The notes beneath the pieces were generated by a model. The model worked only from the letters and a program-made list of their open reading frames with translations, had not been told where the DNA came from and ran no database searches. Shown in pieces: positions 1 to 7,752 of a DNA stretch of 41,974 nt (the stretch's first letter is position 1; each line of letters starts with the position of its first letter). The position numbers and the translations under genes are program-made. Source of the DNA: Lachnospiraceae bacterium (GTDB taxonomy: Bacteria > Bacillota > Clostridia > Lachnospirales > Lachnospiraceae). The stretch is from contig JAJQDL010000095.1 of assembly GCA_021202235.1 (NCBI GenBank), forward strand, positions 1 through 41,974. Reading direction: 5' to 3'.

Positions 1-99
1 AACCAGTTGTTTAGCAATTGGAAGAAAAAGAAAATTAAATTACGAAACAAACTGTATCGCAATATGAACAAATTTTTCGAATACCTTGGGGACATATGA
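1..99 (+). pseudogene. 5' fragment of a YhcG/DUF1016-type gene, in a different frame from the downstream ORF
   Basis: Frame 1 is open from the window edge and reads ...LRNKLYRNMNKFFEYLGDI before TGA at 97-99. This resembles the N-terminal part of DUF1016 proteins. It overlaps the ATG at 96 of the next ORF, which is in another frame. Confidence 0.35.
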
Positions 100-803
100 T
101 ACAAATAATCAATAAATGCTCGGATAATCAGCAAAAAGCATTGCTTTATATTGAGAAAACTATTGAAAATAATTGGTCGCGAGCAGTCTTGATGAATTTC
201 TTGGGTACTGATTTGTATGAACGTCAAGGGAAAGCTATAACTAATTTTGAAATGATGTTACCCGCTAATGGTAGTGATCTTGCTAAGGCAATTACCAAGG
301 ATCCATATAATTTTGATTTTTTAACACTGCGAGAAAATTATGATGAGAAAGAATTAAAAGATGCTTTGATGAGCAATATTCAAGATTTCTTATTGGAATT
401 AGGCAAAGGGTTTGCATTTGTAGGCAGAGAATACCGATTGCTTGTAGGTGAAACAGAACAATTTCTGGATATGCTTTTTTACAATATCCAAGAGCATTGT
501 TACGTTGTCGTTGAAGTTAAAACGCGGGATTTTGAGCCGGCGGATATGGGACAGCTAGGTACATACATATCGGCAGTCGATGGAATTCTTAGAGGGAATA
601 TGGAACGACCGACGGTTGGTTTACTTATTTGCAAGACCAAAGATAATGTGCTGGCACAGTATGCTGTAAATGTTGTAAATGTACCAATTGGTATATCTGA
701 ATATGAACTTACCAGAATCGTTCCGGAGGATTATAAGGGGTCTATGCCTACGATCGAACAAATAGAAGAAGAATTTGGTAAAATATTTGAGGGTGAAAAT
801 TAG
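96..803 (+). CDS. PDDEXK nuclease domain protein, YhcG/DUF1016 family (C-terminal two thirds; probably split or frameshifted)
   Basis: IENNWSRAVL...LYERQG and FLDMLFYNIQEHCYVVVEVKTRDFEPADMGQLGTYISAVD match the DUF1016 D...E-x-K nuclease core. At 235 aa it is shorter than typical family members. The local sequence is AT-rich. Confidence 0.7.
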   Translation: MIQIINKCSDNQQKALLYIEKTIENNWSRAVLMNFLGTDLYERQGKAITNFEMMLPANGSDLAKAITKDPYNFDFLTLRENYDEKELKDALMSNIQDFLLELGKGFAFVGREYRLLVGETEQFLDMLFYNIQEHCYVVVEVKTRDFEPADMGQLGTYISAVDGILRGNMERPTVGLLICKTKDNVLAQYAVNVVNVPIGISEYELTRIVPEDYKGSMPTIEQIEEEFGKIFEGEN

Positions 804-875
804 CTACTATAAAGAGCACTCAAGCAGACAACTTCCCGTTTTTCGGTGACGTTTATAACAGAATGATTTTTACGA

Positions 876-909
876 AGCATCAGTCAATAAAACGGCTGGT
901 GCTTTTATT
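876..909 (+). terminator. Rho-independent terminator candidate
   Basis: AGCATCAG (876-883) pairs with CTGGTGCT (896-903, one G-U) and is followed by TTTTATT. Confidence 0.5.
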
Positions 910-932
910 GTGGGTTGAAGGGAAGTGCTTTG

Positions 933-1631
933 ATGTATGCGGTAAGTGATGAGTTCCTGACAGCGGTGCAGGAAAATACTCGCACCTACTACTGGTCGGG
1001 AACAATTACAACAACTGCTGGGAAGGTGTATGACTTTGATTATAAGAACATCGTGAAAGGAAACGGATATGTGACATCAAAGTGCTGCTCAAGCTCGGAG
1101 ATTGAACTGGGTACGGTGTATTCCGCGGAGATGGGGATCACGCTCTACTCAGATGTTGACCGGTACACGCTGGAAGACGCTGAGGTGGAGCTATACTACC
1201 ACCTGCTCCTGTCAGATGGAACGTATGAGACGGTTCCGATGGGCATTTACGAGGTTGCGGAGGCAAACCGGACGTTAAACTGCCTTGAAATCACAGCCTA
1301 TGATTATATGCTCCGCTTTGACAAGGATTTTTCCAGCACGGATTCGACCGGTACGGCATGGGGCTTTATTTCCTTATGCTGTACGGCCTGCGATGTGGAA
1401 TGCGCCCACACACAGGAAGAAATCGAAGCGATGGCGAACGGAAATATCACGCTTTCCATCTACTCGGAAAATGACATCGAGACCTACCGGGATGTGCTCT
1501 ACTATGTGGCGCAAATCCTCGGCGGCTTCTTTATTATAAACCGGACCGGACAGTTGGAGCTTACTGAGTTTGACAGCAGGCCAACAAGGGACATGGATTT
1601 TATGCTTCAAAGCCTTTTTAGAAGATGCTGA
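933..1631 (+). pseudogene. Truncated prophage tail protein (tail-endopeptidase/Tal-like N-terminal region)
   Basis: MYAVSDEFLTAVQENTRTYYWSGTITT...YEVAEANRT...LEITAYDYM...DIETYRDVLYYVAQILGGFFIINRTGQLEL resembles the N-terminus of siphovirus tail-associated proteins. Those proteins are normally much longer, and no other phage genes flank it. Confidence 0.45.
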
Positions 1632-1779
1632 CAACGAGGAAAATCGTCGGCGGGTATTTAACAGGGCTTGATTCCCGCTCTCAGATAAGGTAAAATGGCG
1701 CCAGACAGCCGGACGGGAAGGACGGCATGAAAAAAGCGTCCGCTCAGAATGTCCGCAATGGAAAAGAGGATAAACCGAG

Positions 1780-3066
1780 ATGAATATATGTATCGAACAG
1801 GCACTGATCCTCCTCCCTAACGGGGAGGGCTTTCGGATGGAAGTGACAGATCTCTATGTGGAAGGGGATACGATCGCAGCCCTGGGAGAGTGCCCGGAGG
1901 GCTTCGCGGCGGAGCGCACGATCGACGGGCGCGGGAAGCTGGTGATCCCGGGTCTGATCAATGCCCACACCCACGCCTACATGACCCTGATGCGGAACGC
2001 CGCGGACGACGTCCCCTTCGATCAGTGGCTCTTTCAGGGCGTGATGCCTCGGGAGGACCGCATGAGCCCCGAAGACGCCTACTGGGGCGCGCTGCTGGGT
2101 CTTATGGAAATGGTAAAAAGCGGCACGACCTGCTTCAATGACATGCAGATGCACATCCACCAGACGACACGGGCGGCGGCGGACCTGGGAATCCGCGGCG
2201 TCATCGGCCGGGGACTCTCCGGCACCTCCACGGACGAGGGCGGCGCGAGACGCCTGCGCGAGGCGCAGGAGGAGATCGAGGCCTGGCGCGGCGAACCGCT
2301 CCTTTCATTTCTCATCGCGCCCCACGCACCCTATTCCTGTGAGGGCGCCTACATGCAGCAGGCGGCCGACCTGGCCGAGCGTCTGGGGCTGGGGCTGCAC
2401 ATCCACCTGTCTGAAAGCCGCAATGAAGTGGAAAATGCGCGGCGCGAGTGGGGCATGACGCCCATCGAATACGTGGATTCCCTGGGAATCCTCCGCCGCC
2501 CCACCGTGGCGGCCCACTGCGTCTGGGTGACAGATCATGACATCGAGATTCTGCGGGAGCAGGGGGTCAGCGTCGCCACCAACCCGGCCAGCAACATGAA
2601 GCTTGGCAACGGCTTCGCGCCGGTGCCGCGGATGCTGCGGGAGGGCATCCGCGTCTGCCTGGGCACAGACGGAGCCGCCAGCAACAACGGCCTGAACCTC
2701 TTCCGGGAAATGGGGCTGGTCACCCTGATTCACAAGGGCGCAGAGAAGGACGCCGTGTCTGCGAGCGCCACCGAGGCGCTGAAAATGGCCACGAAATGGG
2801 GCGCGGAGGCCCTGGGCTTGGGCGCGGTCTGCGGTGAGATCGCTGTGGGAAAGAAAGCCGACCTGGCAATCCTTGACGCGCAGTGCCCGCAGCTGCTGCC
2901 CGCGAACAATCCCGTCTCCGCCCTGACCTATTCTGCCAATGGCTCCGAAGTGGAGACCGTGATCGTTGATGGAAAAGTCATCCTGGAAAACCGGCATTTC
3001 CCCGGCGTTGATGAGGAACGGGTATACTACGAGGCGGCGCGCCGCGCCGAAGCGCTGTGTAAATAG
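1780..3066 (+). CDS. mtaD: Amidohydrolase, 5-methylthioadenosine/S-adenosylhomocysteine deaminase type
   Basis: 428 aa with the metal-ligand motifs NAHTHAYMT, HIHLSES and LGTDGAASNN in the usual order. An AGAGGA RBS lies upstream. Confidence 0.85.
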   Translation: MNICIEQALILLPNGEGFRMEVTDLYVEGDTIAALGECPEGFAAERTIDGRGKLVIPGLINAHTHAYMTLMRNAADDVPFDQWLFQGVMPREDRMSPEDAYWGALLGLMEMVKSGTTCFNDMQMHIHQTTRAAADLGIRGVIGRGLSGTSTDEGGARRLREAQEEIEAWRGEPLLSFLIAPHAPYSCEGAYMQQAADLAERLGLGLHIHLSESRNEVENARREWGMTPIEYVDSLGILRRPTVAAHCVWVTDHDIEILREQGVSVATNPASNMKLGNGFAPVPRMLREGIRVCLGTDGAASNNGLNLFREMGLVTLIHKGAEKDAVSASATEALKMATKWGAEALGLGAVCGEIAVGKKADLAILDAQCPQLLPANNPVSALTYSANGSEVETVIVDGKVILENRHFPGVDEERVYYEAARRAEALCK

Positions 3067-3158
3067 CAGGACGAGGGGACATACGGCGCACTGCTCTGCC
3101 AGACAGTGAAAAAAGAATTGAAAAATGATAAACTTTGTAATGTGGAACCATCATCCGG

Positions 3159-3207
3159 AAACAGACGGAGCCATACGCAGTCAGCGTGCGGTTCCGTTTG
3201 TTTTTTG
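3159..3207 (+). terminator. Rho-independent terminator of mtaD
   Basis: AAACAGACGGAGCC pairs with GGTTCCGTTTGTTT (using G-U pairs) and is followed by TTTTG. Confidence 0.6.
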
Positions 3208-3255
3208 TTATAAATCAGGTAAATTTTCGACAATTCACAGAAAGGCAGGTATTTT

Positions 3256-3414
3256 ATGACGACTGTATTTGGATACGTCCGCGTATCCTCCCGCGACCAG
3301 AACGAGGACAGGCAGATGATTGCCCTGCAGGAACAACATGTCCCGGAGCGGAATATTTACAATGAAATAAATAAGCTGTCTGCGGAAACGTGTACATTTC
3401 TGCAGACAGCTTAA
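3256..3414 (+). pseudogene. Serine recombinase (resolvase/invertase) N-terminal stub
   Basis: MTTVFGYVRVSSRDQNEDRQMIALQEQHVPERNIY carries the catalytic YxRVSxxxQ motif. Homology stops near 3364. The reading frame then runs into a perfect 11-bp inverted repeat (3373-3383 / 3402-3412) and a stop. At 52 aa it is below the ORF-track cutoff. Confidence 0.7.
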
Positions 3415-3463
3415 TTTGCTCAGATAGGACTATGATAACAAATTACTTCTCGTTTTTCCATAG

Positions 3464-3877
3464 AGCGAGACCAACACGATCGACGACAAGACCTATACCT
3501 TTGATATTGATGGTTATGTGGGTGGATGCTATGGTTCTGGAACAGAAGAATCCACGACTTATCGTGTGATCTCCAGGGTCGGCGAGGAAACCACGGTTGT
3601 ATATAATGAAGAAACTGAAACGTATGATGAGGTACGTGATCCGTTGGCCAGTGCTGAGTTCACGCTCTATACGGAATATACCTCGGAAAAACAGACTGTA
3701 TATACCAATGACTATTATACGGAAGGCTGTGTTGTGGCTTCGAATAATGACGGTCAGCTCTCTATTTATGGTCTGGCAACCGGTACCTATTATCTGAAGG
3801 AGGCTGGGGCGCCTGACGGACAGGGAACATCCCCGTCTGTGTATTTGGCGGCGAGATACATTTTGCCGCCTGTATGA
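3464..3877 (+). pseudogene. Fragment of a Gram-positive pilin/adhesin (CnaB/SpaA-type fold) with no start, signal peptide or LPXTG
   Basis: The open frame without a proper start reads ...PLASAEFTLYTEY...NNDGQLSIYGLATGTYYLKEAGAPDG, the typical C-terminal CnaB strand pattern. No sorting signal follows. Confidence 0.5.
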
Positions 3878-3899
3878 CAGGTATAAAGGAGTACATGAT

Positions 3900-4139
3900 G
3901 TGAGCAGACCCGGGACAGGAAAGAAAGCGGGAAGAAGTGTGTGGTTGACGATTCTCTGCGCCATCCTCTTCCACCTGGGCTTGGGTATCCTGCTCTATCC
4001 CACGTTCTCCAGCCAGTGGAATAAATGGCGGCGGGAGCAGCTGATCGCGGACTATTCTCCTTCGCTCACCGAGCTGCAGGTGAGTCAGCCGCTGGCGCTG
4101 AAGCCGGACGAGGAGACCTGGCGCGGGAAGCGCGTGTGA
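3900..4139 (+). pseudogene. Class C (pilus) sortase N-terminal stub
   Basis: The TM segment plus LGLGILLYPTFSSQWNKWRREQLIADY matches the N-terminus of SrtC-type sortases. The catalytic domain (TLxTC) is absent, and the ORF ends after 79 aa. Confidence 0.55.
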
Positions 4140-4289
4140 GCCCGGAGAAATGTTCGCCCCGCAGTCTGCGGAAGCTGTATCAGGAGACTCAGGCTGGTTT
4201 CCGGGCCGAGGCCGACCGGATGGTCGAAGAGGCCGAAGATCGGCTCCTGGAGAGCGAGCAGGCCGCCATCGGCTGGTAAGAGAGTAAAA

Positions 4290-4340
4290 GAGGGAGGGCG
4301 TCTCCGCCGGATGCGGAGGACCCTCCCTCAGATATTTTTT
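4290..4340. terminator. Bidirectional hairpin terminator
   Basis: GAGGGAGGG...CCCTCCCTC arms enclose an inner CGTCTCCGC/GCGGAGGAC stem. T-runs are present on both strands. It lies just downstream of the minus-strand LysR gene. Confidence 0.55.
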
Positions 4341-4372
4341 ACGGGAAACCCGGGAGCAGTTCAGTACGCTGA

Positions 4373-5257
4373 TTATTCAAACAGCTCCACGAACTGTTTC
4401 GCCAGGTTGGAGATGTTGTGGCTCTTATTCCACACCAGATAGGCCTGCGCGGTGATGGTGGGGTTGACAATCTTCTTAATGACCACCTTGCCGCTGACTG
4501 CCTGTACCGTGGCGTTGTTCGCCACTAGAGCCACGCCGATGCCGGCTTCCGCCCAGCTCAGCGAGGAGGCCAGCTCGTTGTTCTGGCAGATCGTGTTGGG
4601 CGAGAAGCCCTTCTGCCGGCAGTAGTTGGTCAGCATGTCATTGTAGCGGCGGTGGAGGATCAGAGGCTTGCCCTTCAGATCGGTCAGGGAGACTGTGTCA
4701 GCATCGTCGTCAAAGAAGGAAGGCAGTCCCACCGCGACGAAGAAGTCTGCCTCGTCGTCCCCGAGAATGTCGTCCTTCAGCAGCACGCTGTTGTAGATGC
4801 TGGTGTTGAAGGGTTCACGAACGATACCGAGATCGACCTCCCCGCTCTCCAGCATCTCGATGACGCGGACGCTGTTGCCTTCGAAGACCTGGAAGTCCAC
4901 GTTGGGATGATCCTGACGGAAACGGACGATCCGATCCGGGAGCAGATGCGAGCAGGCAGAGGAAATGGTGCCGATGTGGATGGTTCCCTGGGCGTCGGTT
5001 CCCAGGTTCTGCAGCTCTCGGACTGTATCGTTGACCAGAGCGAGGATCTCCACGGCTCTCTCCTTGAGGATCAGCCCCTCATGCGTGATGGTCAGGTTCC
5101 GTTTATCCCGTTCGAAGAGCTGTACGCCCAGCTCGTCCTCCAGAGCTTTGAGCTGCAGGCTCAGGGGCGGCTGAGAGATGTTCAGGTTCTTGGCGGCGGC
5201 GGTGATGTGCCCGGCCTCGGCGATAGCCAGAAAGTATTCCAGTTGCTTGAGTGTCAT
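4373..5257 (-). CDS. LysR-family transcriptional regulator
   Basis: N-terminal wHTH MTLKQLEYFLAIAEAGHITAAAKNLNISQPPLSLQLKALEDELGVQLFER followed by a substrate-binding domain of typical length (294 aa). It is divergent from ahcY. Confidence 0.85.
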   Translation of the reverse strand: MTLKQLEYFLAIAEAGHITAAAKNLNISQPPLSLQLKALEDELGVQLFERDKRNLTITHEGLILKERAVEILALVNDTVRELQNLGTDAQGTIHIGTISSACSHLLPDRIVRFRQDHPNVDFQVFEGNSVRVIEMLESGEVDLGIVREPFNTSIYNSVLLKDDILGDDEADFFVAVGLPSFFDDDADTVSLTDLKGKPLILHRRYNDMLTNYCRQKGFSPNTICQNNELASSLSWAEAGIGVALVANNATVQAVSGKVVIKKIVNPTITAQAYLVWNKSHNISNLAKQFVELFE

Positions 5258-5276
5258 AGCGGTGCTTCCTTTCTTC

Positions 5277-5312
5277 AGAATAAAAATTTATAGAATAAAA
5301 ACTGAATAAGAA
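5277..5312. promoter_or_regulatory. Iterated AGAATAAAAA-type repeats next to the LysR start (candidate operator/promoter region)
   Basis: AGAATAAAAA occurs at 5277-5286 and 5292-5301, with a degenerate third copy TGAATAAGAA at 5303-5312. TTCAG and CTGAA flank the first two copies. Confidence 0.25.
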
Positions 5313-5837
5313 TGGGCGAAAAGCCCGGGGCGGCCGTTCCGAATTATTTATGCCAAAAAAATATGAAATTCGCCGCAAAAGAATAATAAGCGGGCGGAAA
5401 TCACAAAGAAATATATGACAATCATTCGGAAAACCTTGGGAAATCCCCGTTATTCCCTAAAACCTCCCCGATTATAATATAAAAAACAAAAGAAATCAAC
5501 AGGTTTTTGGACAAAAAATATATAGTATTTAAAAGGCAGGTCAGAGAAAAAACTTATAAATAATGCAAATAAGAGAAATATAGAATGCGTTCTAGAATGG
5601 AGTGAACCGGGACAGAGGGGGAACGGTTCCTCTTGAAAAAAGAAGAGTTCGTTGCTATGATGATACCGGAATTCCGCCCGATGCATCCGTGCATCCGTAT
5701 GCCGGGTATTCCTGAAACCTTCGTGAAATCATGAATCGGACTGCACTCCCGCAGGGCGTACCTTGTGTAAGCGCTCCATTCATGACTTTCGACCATGGTA
5801 ATATGACAGGCGGCGGCAGCCGCAGGAGGAAGTTCAG

Positions 5838-7085
5838 ATGAGTTCAGAGATTCGTGATATCGCACTGGCCCCGTCGGGGCATCATAAGATCGAGTGGGTG
5901 AAGCGGAATATGCCGCTGTTAAACAGCCTGGAGCGGGATTTCTCCGCCGAGAAGCCCTTCGCCGGGATGCGGGTCGCGCTTTCCATCCACCTTGAGGCCA
6001 AGACGGCCTATCTGTGCAAGGTGCTGGCGGCGGGCGGCGCCGAGATGTATGTGACGGGGAGCAATCCGCTTTCCACACAGGATGACGTGGCCGCGGCTCT
6101 GGTAGAAGACGGGCTGGAGGTGCACGCCTGGTACGGCGCGACGACGGAGGAATATGAGAGCCACATTGCGCATGTGCTGGAACATGACTGCCAGATCATC
6201 ATCGACGACGGCGGCGATCTGGTGCATATGCTCCATACACGTTTCCCGGATAAGATCGCACATGTCATCGGCGGCTGTGAGGAGACGACGACGGGCATCC
6301 TGCGTCTGCGGGCTATGGAGCGGGCCGGTGAGCTTCGCTTCCCGATGGTGATGGTGAATGATGCCGACTGCAAGCATCTCTTTGATAATCGCTACGGCAC
6401 CGGCCAGTCGGTGTGGGACGGTATTAACCGCACGACGAACCTGATTGTGGCGGGCAAGCAGGTCGTCGTTGCCGGGTACGGCTGGTGCGGCAAGGGAACC
6501 GCGATGCGTGCCAAGGGTCTGGGCGCCCGCGTCATCGTCACGGAGGTGGATCCGGTGCGGGCCATCGAGGCAGTGATGGACGGTTTCGATGTCATGCCCA
6601 TGCGGGAGGCGGCGAAGGTCGGCGACTTCTTCGTGACCGTGACAGGCTGTGCCGGAGTCATCGACGAAGAGGATTTTGCGGTCATGAAGGACGGCGCCAT
6701 TCTCTGCAACGCCGGACATTTTGATGTGGAAGTGGATGTGGCCAGGCTGCGGGAAATCGCCCTGGAGAGCTGCGAGATGAGGAACAACATCATGGGTTAC
6801 CGTCTGCCCGGAGACCGCTGGGTCTATGTGCTGGGCGAAGGCCGTCTGGTGAACCTGGCCTGCGGCGACGGCCATCCGGCCGAGATCATGGACATGAGCT
6901 TCGCCATCCAGGCGCTGAGCGCCCGCTATCTGGCGGAGCACCGCGGGCAGATTTCTGAGAAGCTCATCAAAGTACCCGCTGAAGTAGACCGCGAGGTGGC
7001 CTCGCGGAAGCTGGCCTTCCTGGGGAAGAGCATTGATGTTCTCACCGAGGAGCAGGAAAGGTACCTGAACAGCTCAGCGCTGTGA
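5838..7085 (+). CDS. ahcY: Adenosylhomocysteinase
   Basis: 415 aa. HKIEWVKRNMPLL, LEAKTAYL, the NAD-binding loop VAGYGWCGKG and the C-terminal GHPAEIMDMSF are all characteristic. AGGAGGA RBS. Confidence 0.95.
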   Translation: MSSEIRDIALAPSGHHKIEWVKRNMPLLNSLERDFSAEKPFAGMRVALSIHLEAKTAYLCKVLAAGGAEMYVTGSNPLSTQDDVAAALVEDGLEVHAWYGATTEEYESHIAHVLEHDCQIIIDDGGDLVHMLHTRFPDKIAHVIGGCEETTTGILRLRAMERAGELRFPMVMVNDADCKHLFDNRYGTGQSVWDGINRTTNLIVAGKQVVVAGYGWCGKGTAMRAKGLGARVIVTEVDPVRAIEAVMDGFDVMPMREAAKVGDFFVTVTGCAGVIDEEDFAVMKDGAILCNAGHFDVEVDVARLREIALESCEMRNNIMGYRLPGDRWVYVLGEGRLVNLACGDGHPAEIMDMSFAIQALSARYLAEHRGQISEKLIKVPAEVDREVASRKLAFLGKSIDVLTEEQERYLNSSAL

Positions 7086-7526
7086 GAACAGTGTCCCCGC
7101 CGCGTATACCAGGCTTCCGGCAAAAAGGAACAGATCTCCGAGGTTGAAGACGATGTGTTTGATGCGGCGGAACGGGAAGCTGAAGTAGTCGACCACATAT
7201 CCCCGACGGAAGCGGTCACAGAGATTGCTGGCGGAGCCGCCCACGATGAGAGCGAGGCCGGTTTTGGTCAGGTGGCGGCCCGGTTTTCGCAGGAGAGCGA
7301 GGAAATACAGGAGAAAGAAGGAGAACACCCCGGCGTTTCCCGCGCGGACTGCGCCGGGGTGCTTTGCGCCGATGTTCAGGAAGCTGCCTGGGTTATGAAC
7401 TCTTTTCAGGATGATTTTGCCTCCGGCTGCGGACAGAGGGAAGGTGTCTGCCGGCTGGGCTTCGATGCCGTCCTTCAGGCGCTGATCCAGGAGGGCCGCG
7501 CCGGCGGCGAGCAGGATATGGAACAT
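7074..7526 (-). CDS. lspA: Lipoprotein signal peptidase (signal peptidase II)
   Basis: Start moved to the Met at 7526, which has an AAGGAG RBS. It has multiple TM segments plus GGSASNLCDRFRRGYVVDYF and FNLGD motifs. The 3' end overlaps ahcY convergently by 12 nt. Confidence 0.85.
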   Translation of the reverse strand: MFHILLAAGAALLDQRLKDGIEAQPADTFPLSAAGGKIILKRVHNPGSFLNIGAKHPGAVRAGNAGVFSFFLLYFLALLRKPGRHLTKTGLALIVGGSASNLCDRFRRGYVVDYFSFPFRRIKHIVFNLGDLFLFAGSLVYAAGTLFSQR

Positions 7527-7752
7527 GGGGGCTCCTTTCAATGCGAACAGGGAAGCTTTCATGGAAGATATGTCTGTGTAACCTATACATTTTCTGAAAG
7601 CCATATGTCTTTTTATCACTGGTATCATAGCATATTTCCCGGGGTTTTCACAAAGATTTCTCACATTTTCAGCTGTATTTCAAGTATACTGTAAATCAGA
7701 AAAGTGCGCTGCAGACAGGATGCTTTCTGCAGCGGAACAGGAGGAAAACAGA

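Noticed and set aside
4025-4279. The 84-aa ORF in the GC-rich tail after the sortase stub as a real gene
   Set aside because: It has no RBS, and its N-terminal part is a frame-shifted reading of the sortase stub. Only the last roughly 40 residues look protein-like and I cannot assign them. I treated it as part of the scar.
5766-5779. A cre (CcpA) site, TGTAAGCGCTCCAT, in the ahcY leader
   Set aside because: Only the left half matches TGWAANCGNTNWCA; the right half has three mismatches.
5590-5837. An SAH, SAM-I or SAM/SAH riboswitch upstream of ahcY
   Set aside because: Only scattered short resemblances are present (GCCCGATG, AGCGCTCC). They are in the wrong order and lack the paired partners required by the consensus structures I know. 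A covariance-model scan is needed before any such claim.
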